From: Ostrea edulis
Taxonomy: Eukaryota
DNA length: 64,000 nt
Reading direction: 5' to 3'
NCBI RefSeq assembly: GCF_947568905.1
Contig: NC_079167.1
Coordinates: 4,774,001-4,838,000, forward strand
Under the pieces are notes generated by a model. That model worked only from the letters and a program-made list of their open reading frames with translations. It did not search any database and was not told the DNA's origin. Below, in pieces: positions 37,193-48,400 of the stretch. Positions within the stretch are counted from its first letter, which is position 1; every line of letters starts with the position of its first letter. The position numbers and the translations under genes were made by a program.

Positions 37193-38200
37193 TTAGTTAT
37201 GTTTTAAGCGTTTTAAGGGACTGTTTGTTATGACAATGGGTCTTTTTTCTCCTGCCCTTCCTGCAGTGTTTCCTTTGGGCACAAAGTTGAAGGCTAAGCT
37301 CCTCTGAATTCGAAGTTGGTTTTCTTGGTAACTGTAAAATAAATAGTAGGTATGTCAAAATTCAACAATAACTTTTTAAAATATTTACAAGAAACTGCTA
37401 GTAAACAAAAAGCACTATGCAAATAAATTGACTATTTAACATTGATTTTTACTTTTATCTCAATTACAGATTAGAAAGTTAAAAATAAGAATTGCAAAAT
37501 ACCCGAACTGGTGAATTGTTGGGTTGTCATGACGAGTACCCAATCCTCTGTGGCGACCAAAGTGCTCTTCAAGTGGGTCCTGACAGAAGACATTGCTCAA
37601 AACATATGGCACCCCCTGTTGAAGCAGGTATCTTGTTGCCTCAATGAAGGATTTTAAATCATTAATTCATTCATTAATTAATTCTCAAAGAGTTCAACAT
37701 CTTTTGACAAATCATTTTCTCATAACTTGTGAATAAATAAATCAGCTTTATTTTTCAAATTTGCAAATGTCTAAACTGAAAGAGAAACCAATCTTTTGCT
37801 CATATACCGGTGGATGTCTGGGCGGAGGACAGGGTGTTTCTATAGTTTTCTTTGGCATATATAATGTGGGCAAACTCCCAGGAATTAGTTTGAAACCTTT
37901 GCCTTCAAAATTTATAGTTTTCATTAAAAAGCATAAATATATTGTTCAATTCAAATATGTATATGTAATTTATTGAAATAACTTACCGTGAAACAATAAA
38001 TTCTTTTCCTCAAAATGCACCGAACAAATATGCGAAGTGTTCGGATTAAAAAATCTATCACTGCGATTGACAGCTGCTATCAATTTTGATCGCCATTCTT
38101 TGTCCTGGGGGAAAGAAAAATAACTGATGCGCGTTAAATTGTTTTTCGTCTTTTCATTTGAGTTGTGGCAGCCGACCACGCAGCAATGCTTACCACCCAT
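37193..38200 (-). pseudogene. Internally deleted P-element (THAP9-like) transposase
   Basis: Exon 38200-37987 (C2CH THAP: CCVVGC..FP..W..CSVHF); exon 37902-37808 (LIPGSLPTL); remnant ~37657-37503 (YVLSNVFCQDPLEEHFGRHRG..DNPTIHQF); last exon 37331-37193 ending in TAA. The catalytic core between THAP and QDPLE is absent. Confidence 0.85.
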
Positions 38201-40522
38201 TGCCCAAAATATAGTAAAAACTTCAATCCGCCATTATATTTGTTTATTTACCATGACTCCCGGTGAGGGCGCTGCGAAAAATTTAACATCGAGCTCGTTC
38301 GGAACACTCGGACTCTGACGCAATGGGGGAAAAAATCCGAGAATCTCGAAAGAAGTCAGCGGTCCCTCTGTAAAATGTCTCTGTCAAAACCAACTGCACG
38401 GGGGGAATGATGGCCAAATTAGCAAAAAAGTTTAAAACACTCCTGGTTTTCAGCGCTACCCACAGATCTAAGCACCGTGCTACGAACTCACCTCAAACGT
38501 GAAGTGTCATTCGCTCGCAAACAGCTGAAAGTCACAGCGATACATATTAGACACTAAATGAATGAACTCTCAATGATAGAGGGTTGAACAGTTCTGAGAA
38601 GTGTATAATTTTTTCTTTTGACTGGTTAAAGGATAGAATTGTCAATATTGTGTTTTACAAGAGACCCATTTTGTAGGGGGGAAATGAATGAAACACAATT
38701 GTAGGTGTACGTTCGGAAGAATTATATACAATTATTTCAATCTCATCCCATGCCAGGGGCGTATCTGCAATTTTAGTATACATATATGTACCAGCATAAA
38801 ACTCAAAATGGTAGAATTTTGTTGATTAACATGCTCTTCCAAGAGGAAAAATATACATTAATAAATGGTTATTGTCTAACACTTCTGTAACGAAAATGAA
38901 AAGAAGAGCTGATGTAGGACATCCTTGTTTTATTCCTCCTGTCATTTTACAAGTCCTAGAAATCCAACCATTATTCTTAATTCTAAATACCAGGTTTGTA
39001 TATAGTATTTTAATCCATTTAAAAAGTTTTCACCAAAATTCAAATGGTGTAGTCAACGTTTTAAATAAAAAGTCCACTCTACATGTTTTATGTTTATTTT
39101 TTCTACTTATTACTGAATCACTCATATAATCAATCCTAGTAACAGGCGTATTGTTTGCATTCCTCCAAACATCATGTAGTCTAAGCTTAATCAATAAAAT
39201 TGAAACTTTTATCTGAACTGATTTGTTTTTAAAATCTATCTATATCTTGAAAAACACAAATAAAATCTCCTTTAATAATATTTTCTTTTGCGATATCATG
39301 TCTTGAAATATATGCTGCAAGTTTTTTGGGGAAAAAAGAAATCTGATCAGTTTTGATTTAGAATTCTAGAAATGAAACAGGAAATATAGTTCAACATGCT
39401 GATGATTGCACACTCCCAGTTAAAAATGAGGATTCCCTAAAAGAGGCCATTGACACAATAAAAAACTTGCAAACATTCTGGGCTTACTTTAAACATAGAT
39501 AAAACTGAATGCTTACTAATAGGCTCAATGAAAGGTTCAGAATTTTTTAATTTGAATGTAATTGAGAACTGTGTGAAAACACTAGGAATATACATTGGTC
39601 TCAATGAAATAGAATGTTTCGGGGGTGGGGGATTGAATAAAACGACATAAAAATATGGAGAAATTGTTTGAATCCTGGAAAAAAGGAAAACTTTCTATCT
39701 TTGGAAAATGTTGTATCATTAATTCGTTAGCAATATCAAAGTTAGTCTATACTGCAACACTGCTTACTATTCCTAACGATAGTTTGATGAAAGATATTAT
39801 CATAAAATAAATTGAATTTTAATTTATTTGGGATACAAGAGACAGGATATTTAAAGTAAAATACATTAATGAATGAAATTCCACATGGAGGTATACACAT
39901 TGTAGATTTACATTCAAAGTTTAAAGCGCTTAAAGCATCATGGATTCCCAAAATTATATCATATAATCTTAAGTTAAAGGATTTTTTGAAAGTTTTTGTA
40001 GAAGAAATACGTTTGATTTACAATATTCATTCAACACAGTGTGCTTTTCTCAATGAAAAGCAACACAGATTTATTCCTCTTTTCTACAGAGAAGTGGTTA
40101 CATACGTAAAGAAAATCTTCTTTCACAGAATATCTCGAGAAATACCCTATTTTATACAAGAAAAATACTCTTTTGCTCTAGGAACTGGATAAAGAGTGGT
40201 ATATTGATTTATTTACTGAAAATGGGTTTTAAGAGATGTGTGATTTCATTTTAATAGGGCCTATGTAAACAAAATTGGTTATGTAAATGTATAATTCTTA
40301 AAACTGTTTTTAAAAAAAGCAGTTGATCTGGATGTAGTTAGCTATTATGACACTTATGTAGTGTTTACATATGTCCTACTTTTACCGCCTGCCTTCGAAA
40401 ATGAAAGTAGATCTTGATCAAGAAAACGTTTGTTTGCAAAAGTTCTTAGGTACGTCGTGAACTTGAAACGGTGTTAAAATTCACATCGTATTATTTCACT
40501 GACGACTCCTTCAAATCATAAT

Positions 40523-41647
40523 ATGTATGAGCCCCAGGAAAGGCAAGAACAAATTATAGAAGCGATCAAAGAGAACAATTTGTCAGCACTAGAAAAGTTA
40601 ATCTGCCAAGATAAAGTGTCTCCTAACTTCTACATCAATGGTACAACCCCTATATGCACAGCAGCAGAAGAAGGAAATGATGCAGTCCTAGCTATTCTTC
40701 TCCGTGGTCATTGTATTCTCGACACTCCAAATGTGCGGGATGACGTATGGCAAAGAATGCCAATACACATTGCAGCATCAAAAGGACATGGTGCATTTCT
40801 AAAGCTACTTCTTGAACATATCGAAGATGTCAATGTTAAAGACAGTGATGGACGCACTGCCCTGCACTGGGCAGCTATATTTGGATATGATAATATAGCA
40901 GAAATATTGTTAAAAGCAGGGGCCAATGTGAATGGTGCTCAGCGCGATGGCTTTACCCCTCTCTATGCTGCGACTTGTTTTGGACACATTGAAGTTTGTC
41001 GTGCTTTGCTAAAATATGGAGGAGATGCAATGATTTGTGATGAAGAAGGATGGAATTTTATCCACACAGCAGCTAATTATGGGCATTTGCAGATCTTGAA
41101 ACTAATGTCGCTCTCAGGACCTTGTTTATCATGCAGAACAGTAGATGGAGAGAATGCCTTGCACATTGCAACAAGTGGTGGTCATCTCCATATTGTCAAG
41201 CACCTTGTACAGTATGGCATTCCATTGAACACACAGACAAAAGAAGGATTTACAGCTCTCCATCTCAGTGTACAATTCAACAGGCCAGCTGTCTTTAAAT
41301 TCTTACTGCAGGCAGGAGCTAATATGTATATTCTCAACAACGAAGGGCAAAGTATATGTTATTTAATTGCACTCAAGATGGATCCAACATTTATAGAATT
41401 ACTTGTGGATGCTGGCTACAATTTTAGTACAGAAGATTGGATTCTTAGCAATTCATTCCCAGCTACTAACAATAAAACGGACGTCATGAAAAATTATATG
41501 AGAAGTGTAGCACAGAGTCCATTGACTCTACTTCATCTTTGTCAGTTTAGAATTGCTCGCTTACTTGGCTGGAACTTTGAAACTCTTGCAGATTCTTTAC
41601 CTCTTCCACCATTCTTAAAGGATGTTATAAAACAAACTGGACCATAA
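40523..41647 (+). CDS. Intronless ankyrin-repeat and SOCS-box protein (ASB-like), paralog B2, 374 aa
   Basis: Uninterrupted ORF, 32 aa differences from B1; SOCS box PLTLLHLCQFRIARLL...LPLPPFLKD. Confidence 0.92.
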   Translation: MYEPQERQEQIIEAIKENNLSALEKLICQDKVSPNFYINGTTPICTAAEEGNDAVLAILLRGHCILDTPNVRDDVWQRMPIHIAASKGHGAFLKLLLEHIEDVNVKDSDGRTALHWAAIFGYDNIAEILLKAGANVNGAQRDGFTPLYAATCFGHIEVCRALLKYGGDAMICDEEGWNFIHTAANYGHLQILKLMSLSGPCLSCRTVDGENALHIATSGGHLHIVKHLVQYGIPLNTQTKEGFTALHLSVQFNRPAVFKFLLQAGANMYILNNEGQSICYLIALKMDPTFIELLVDAGYNFSTEDWILSNSFPATNNKTDVMKNYMRSVAQSPLTLLHLCQFRIARLLGWNFETLADSLPLPPFLKDVIKQTGP

Positions 41648-42455
41648 CTTATAGATATGATCAATGAAATATATATATTCAATGAGAAGACATACTGGTA
41701 CATGCTAATTTTTCATTTATAACATTTTCATATGGAGTTGCATTGTTAATCAAGCTCTAATGATAATAGATGTCACCTGTTGCTTTAGGCCGCAAATTAT
41801 AAAGGCTCTTCAAGTAAAGTTTCATGATGGCTAAAAGCAGATCAGTTCTTAAGAGTGTTCACGTTGTGACCTGCAGTTTCAGACACAGCTACTCAAATCT
41901 ACCATATAACATTTTTTGTAGTGACTGCTCCTTTTATAATGCTTGTCTTTTAGAAGTAATAGTCATAGGTTTTTCATATGAGACCTTAATAAAAACAGGT
42001 CATGTGCCACAGCAAGCATTGGCATTGTAAAGAATTCTCACTGCTACAGCATTGAGCACCATGCTTTGTGGCACTTTACTTCAGTTGGTTATGTTTCTAC
42101 AAGGAGTGAAAAATTCTCAAAATCTAGAAATAGTACCCAAGATATTCTGAAACCAAGGTGTTGCAGACCGATGGACAGACCCAAACATTAAACAAAACAT
42201 TCATTGGTGTCAGTTTTATACTAATGAGGGAAATGAAATTACATGTACATTAAATAAACAAGTACTAGTACTCTTTTAAGATTTTTCTTATAATTAACAC
42301 ATATAAATATTCTCGGTGCACAATTCACGAAACACAAGCCTACTGTTGTAACTGATGGATTTGTTTTATATACAATGTAACAGTATATAAGTGAACACCA
42401 GCTGGTAATATGTGCTTGCAGAATAATTTCAATCACAATGGTTTTTCATAACTCT

Positions 42456-45400
42456 TCACGGAGGAAGTTGGCTGAAAGCTTCATAAACATTGGCAGCCAA
42501 TGTCTTTGCAGATTCCAATAGCAGTAATTCCTGTAAGAGAAAAAGTGAGTACATGTAATCATGCAATGAAAGACAAGTGACCATGACCTTATGAGTATGC
42601 TAGTATTTTATGTGCCAATCCTGCCTGTCACAACTGTGTGTGAAGTTTTGCAAAGATGTGTAAAAGTTTTAAAATATATAATTGTGTAATGTTTTATATA
42701 CTTAGTTTACCCCAAAATTATTTAGTTTATGTTCAAAGTCCTCTTGACCTTTCAATTCGCATATTTTCTTAAAATCAGTATAGGTCATTTAACCATGCCT
42801 TCACCAATTCTTCCAAAAAATAAATTGTGATGTATTTGCTAGTCAACAGTTTTTAGCTAATAATTTAAAAGGTCTGCTTCAAAGTTGTCAGCATAGCTGT
42901 TGACAGCAGTCAATCTTTAGCATTTACCTTGGCTGTTCATTAATTCTGTACCTTAACAGTCACGCGAGTACCACACAAAACAGAATGTAAAATAGTAAAC
43001 TAAAGTGCTGATGGACACACAGAAATCTGAAAATCAAAAGGGGTCTTCCTCTTTTAAAAGTTGGATGTCCTTGAAGACAAAAAAGAATGTTTAATTTTTC
43101 TGATTCTGGTCATAATCAATCTTAGTTTGTGCCAAATAAGAGCCATTTTCATTTACAAAGCAGTATGGTCATGTACTTTATAGCTGTAAAAGCCCACCCT
43201 AGCAACAGAACCTGATTCTGGGGCCATTTTGGTGAAAGGTTTCTATTTTCATTATAACTGTGTACTTGGTTTGGTTGTTTCATGTCCACGAGTTAAGAAG
43301 ATTTTGAATTGAACCAGTATTCTGTAAGTCTTGCATATAAATAATACATTACCTTACCAGCCCCAAGTTAAATTGTTCATGTAATATTTTGTGTGATCAA
43401 ACTTGCATCAAGTTTTTGTACAATCAAAAATAACAAAATAAAACTTTGTAATTTATTCAGTAAATTAAATGGAACTTGCACAATGGAATAAATACAAGGA
43501 ACATGTATGTACAAGAAAACAAAAGGGTCACAATGCTCACCTGAGTCAACCTCGTTTTCCTGTTCTTCATTAGAAGATTTTTTACTTTCTTTATTCCCAT
43601 ATCTTGACCCCATCTAAGCCAAAGGGGCCATGACTTAACCCAACCTGAACCTACACAACATAGGGATGCCCTTTATTCCCATATATTCCTGTATCCCAGA
43701 TTCCAACCCCAACTTAACCCCATGGTTCATATTTTTAAAAAAATTAAAATTTCCCCCATACATTCTCATGTAAAATTTTCAATCTATATTGTGGCCCAAA
43801 TCAACCCAAAGACATGGATCTGAAGAAACCTTAATTTATACTACCAGGGGATGCTTGCATATTGATTTAACTAATCTTGGCCCTGCTGTTCTTAAGAATA
43901 AGATTTTAAAAAATTTATAATCTTTAATTGAACTAGAATGCTTGCATATTTATATTGCTAATCATGGACCTGCTACTCTTTTTAAAAAATTCCTATGCAA
44001 TCCCATGCATTGAAAGCTTCCAATGCAACCCTATTGTGGCTCCACCCTACCATTAGGAGCATTGATTTTAACAAATTTAAATCGATACTATCTGAGGATG
44101 CCTGCAAATTAACATAACTAATCATAGCTATTCATAATAATAAGATTTTTAAAGACTTCTTATTAATTGGCTGAGCTCATCACCTGCTGTCTCCCTCCAT
44201 CAACATATATTATCTTATACTTTTAATCCATTACAGTTTTCTTTGTGCTTCGTATAAAATTATACCTCCTTTAATAATCACGACAACCAAGAAGGTTAAA
44301 GCTTAATTGGTTTAATCTGTTTGTTGGCAAAGACACCCAAAATGTTACACATGGACTTTTAAGAAAATATCAAAGATGTTACTTTGATCAGGAAAGAGTG
44401 ATTAGATATTATCAGATACATAGGAAGATGCTCTGGAAATAAATTGCTCAATCAAGACTTTCTAAATCCTCACCAAAACTGATTTTGATTTCATAATATA
44501 ATGATGACTGCAGAAAATAGGTGTGTACATGCTTATTCTACCTGCATGAGTGGATTAGGTGCATCACTGCCAAGTTTGTACAGACTGCCATTGAAAATTG
44601 GAATCAACTTAGCCATGGGTATTCCTCCTTGTAGATAATCTGTGTTATGACTAAAAACAAACCTACATAGTTTATAATACTATTATTTCAGATAGATGGA
44701 CTGTTTATGCTTTCAGGAAACATAATCAAAACAAATATTATAAACTTTCACTTTCAATGACATTTTAATAGTGACCAGTGATACAAAGGAATTTAAAATA
44801 AAGAGAATGAGCAAGTACTACTAATGACAGCTTTATGTGTAATTCTGGAGCAGATCTATGATTTTAAACTGTCACCAAACACTCGTAGGGAATAGATGAA
44901 ATATGACTACTTGATCGCAGATGTTAATCATTGCATTCTAGTTTTTCATCAGCCATTCATGAATAAAACAAGGTACTGTGAGCAATGCTCACTAAGAATA
45001 CCCCCCGCTTACCCCAATCTCCCAAAGGGTGTTGGTAATAGGTATAAACTACCTCTTTTCTGAGTGTAAAAAACAAATGGCATGACAAACCGAACTATAT
45101 TGCTACTTCGATGTCCAGTGCACGTGACCTTTGACCCTTTGACCCCAAAATCGATAGGGAACATCTTCATCCCATGGGTAGTCCATATGTATGATATGGT
45201 GACTGTAGGTGGAAAGGATAACGCTTTAGAGCCCGGAAACCATATTGCTACTTCGATGTCCAGTGTGCTTGACCTTTTGACCCCAAAATCGATAGGGAAC
45301 ATCTTCATCCTATGGGTAGTCCATATGTATGATATGGTGACGGTAGGTGGAAAGGATAACGCTTTAGAGCCCGGAAACCATATTGCTAATTCGATGTCCA

Positions 45401-48400
45401 GTGCGCTTGACCTTTGACCTTTTGACCCCAAAATCGATAGGGAACATCTTCATCCCATGGGTAGTCCATATGTATGATATGGTGATGGTAGGTGGAAAGG
45501 ATAACGCTTTAGAGCCCGGAAACCATATTGCTACTTCGATGTCCAGTGCACTTGACCTTTGGACCCCAAAATCGATAGGGAACATCTTCATCCCATGGGT
45601 AGTCCATATGTATGATATGGTGACGGTAGGTGGAAAGGATAATGCTTTAGAGCCCGGAAACCATTGCGTCTACAGACGGACGAACGGACGGACAGACAGA
45701 CGGACAACCCGATTCCAGTATACCCCCCCCACAACTTGTTGCGGGGGGGTATAATTATGATGTGTGTGATACACTGTAGTATATGATTTTAACCAAGGAC
45801 CTAAAAATCAAAAGGAATTCATCCATGATCGAGACTTTTACATTTTAAAAAGTTTTTATAATAAATCTTCAACAGTATATCAGATATCATCTGAAAACCA
45901 TTTCTTAACATATTTGACCTGGACCTAAAAACAATTGTTCTTTATGTTAAATTTAATTGTTGAAATTGATATGATATTTGAGATATCATATGGAAATCAA
46001 GATGTTGCAGACAGTGTCAGATTGACACATATCCTCTGATTTTGCTAAAGGAATGGGGAAAAGGTGAAGACTTTGTAAAGGACTAGATGAAGGTTTTAAC
46101 CAGAAAGACATTTTCCTGTTAAATCATAATAATCTTCATATTTTACCTGTTGTTTAAATCACTGGTCTGTAAGTTTGTCTTGTAGCTGTCAGCAAGTAAA
46201 TCTAGCAATTTCTGAAACCCTCTATCCAAACATGTTTTCAGCACAGTGTGAAAGTCAGCACTAAAATGCACAGAAAAAATGTGTATTTCTAGCACATTTA
46301 TCCTTTTTTCGAATGAAGAAGGGCAACAACTCTTGCTTTACCTTTCTAAAATATCTCTAGTTTCTTGCATCAAACATTCATACATTTCATCATCTGTACC
46401 CTGATGTACCTAGAAAATCAAAAAATTCTGAATTTTCTTTTTCCAAATACAAATATTTATTGATTCATTATAAATCATTTCATAATCAAGCATTCTAGGA
46501 ATTAGTGTAAACAAGGTTCACAAAAGGAAAACATTGAAAATGAAAAATACCAAGGAATAGAAGGATTTTACAAAAAGATGTGTACAATGATGTAGAAATT
46601 AGGTCTACAGGTGAGCTAAAATTGGATATATAACACTGTTTGTCTTAGTGTCTTTTCTTCAAGTAATATTAATTATCCTTTATAAATGTAATTTCTAAAT
46701 GTTATCCATACAAATCGTACTATACACTCGTGTCAATAATGTGCAATTATGACCTGGTCTTTGTCCTAGTGATTCTAAATCTATTAAAAGTTTTCAATTT
46801 CAAAATATTGTTGTGCATATCCTCAAATTTTCATCCACATCAAATTTTGATGGTGTAGCATTCCTCATTCATGGATGAGAATTCTGACAGAAATGAAACT
46901 TGGAATGTAGATATAAGAAACATGCTTCATGAAGTATGCCGGCGTGAAGCAGTTCATGTATCTTCAGAAATGAAATTCATTTCTTAAAGAAATCTATTTT
47001 CTCATTGTGACCTTGAACTTAAAATGTATAGGTGCCTTCCTCTGACCATTGTCCCTGTAGGATTAAATATGATGTCTATAAATAAAAATACTCCAGTTAT
47101 AACATCACATCATCCCGAATCATCATCTAATTCTGATTTTGAGTCTTCCTCTGACCATAATCATATAAAGTCTACATCAAACAAGATGTTTCTGTGAAAC
47201 AATATGCCACTGACTGTGGCCATGTTTGATTGTGGCATTTTGACCTTGACGATTGGAATGGTTTATAAGTCACATAGCTTTTAACTTTAACTTTCAGTTT
47301 ACCTAGTCTCTATCTTGTGTAGTTCAAAGTCACAACCAAGATCAAAGTTGCAGACAAAAAGGAAGCATACCAAAAACAATTATCCCGACCTTTATCATGT
47401 TAAATAGCTTTGGTAATGACAGTTATAACCATGGTTAAAGGGCAGATAACGAGAAAGAAAAGCAAACAATATCAGACAAAAATAAACGGATGGGGACAAA
47501 ACATTAAGTCTCCTGATCTTGGGTAGCATAAAAAGTTTCAACATTCAATTTATATAGAATATCACACTCTAATGTTGATCTCGGACCTGGGATTGGCCCC
47601 GAGAGTTGATCTTGGCCCGAGCCCGTTATGTTGTTTTTTCATGTAGTTATGTTAGATTTCAAAAGATTAAAGAAGAAATAGCCATTTGAAATTTGAGGGC
47701 GAGACAGCCCCTTGACAACAGGCCGAGACAGAGATATCTCGGCCCTTAGGGCGAGACAGCCCTACCTACTTGCAGCTGTCTCACCCTAGCCAAGATAGGT
47801 GTATCAGGGCTGATACACTACTAGGTATATGATATAAATAAATAAAACGCATGTAAAATCAAAATTGTCAAAATGGAATGCAAAACGTAACACTTACAGT
47901 GAAAGAAGAGTTCTCTGGAGGAAACATGTAAGGACAGAGCTGTAGAGTTGGAGAAGAAAGACTGGAGATTTCAGGGCTGGTCTCCAGCCTCTCTCTGATG
48001 TGTTCTAGACAAGACTCCACATTGTGAAGGGTCAGCTGCTCCTTGAGGGAGATGCTGGATTAAAAGAGACATGCATGTAATCCATGATATAATACTGATA
48101 AATACACATCTGGAGGTCAGGCACATGAAATTATGAAGGTTGTGTTTAATACAGTCAGACTTGTCGAAGCGGTCACCTCCATTATCAAAGCAGTCATCTA
48201 TCATATTTTTTTTTCTATGAAAAACCCTATATGATCTAACTCTTTTAAGCAGTCCCTCATCTAATACAGTCAACTTTTTTCATCCAAAGTTGCAATTTCA
48301 ACCTTGCATTTAGCAGCCATTTTGGCTGATCACATGATTCTCGTCCGGGGTTTTCATCATGGGGTTTCTGGAGATTCTGAATGCTAAGGTATAATGTACA

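Larger units (their letters stand above)
34473..38383 (-). mobile_element. P-element-superfamily DNA transposon (3911 bp), non-autonomous, two convergent genes
   Basis: ~32-bp TIRs CATAGACATATAACAGAGGGACCGCTGACTTC / CAGAGACATTTTACAGAGGGACCGCTGACTTC; CA..TG ends; 7-bp TSD TCAAAAC (34466-34472, 38384-38390); empty site GGTCAAAACCAACTGC at ~26365 in the other duplicate; THAP and QDPLEEHFG motifs inside. Confidence 0.9.
23354..43402. repeat. Recent tandem segmental duplication: unit 1 23354-31438 (8085 bp), unit 2 31439-43402 (includes a 3.9-kb insertion)
   Basis: Near-identical colinear sequence; unit 2 minus the P element and TSD is 8046 bp; junction TTGCA(C)TCAAG shared by 23354, 31439 and 43403. 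Confidence 0.9.

Noticed and set aside
47971-48273. 100-aa minus-strand ORF as a separate gene
   Set aside because: It overlaps PEX3 exon 48054-47898 in a different frame; the real frame is ISLKEQLTL...
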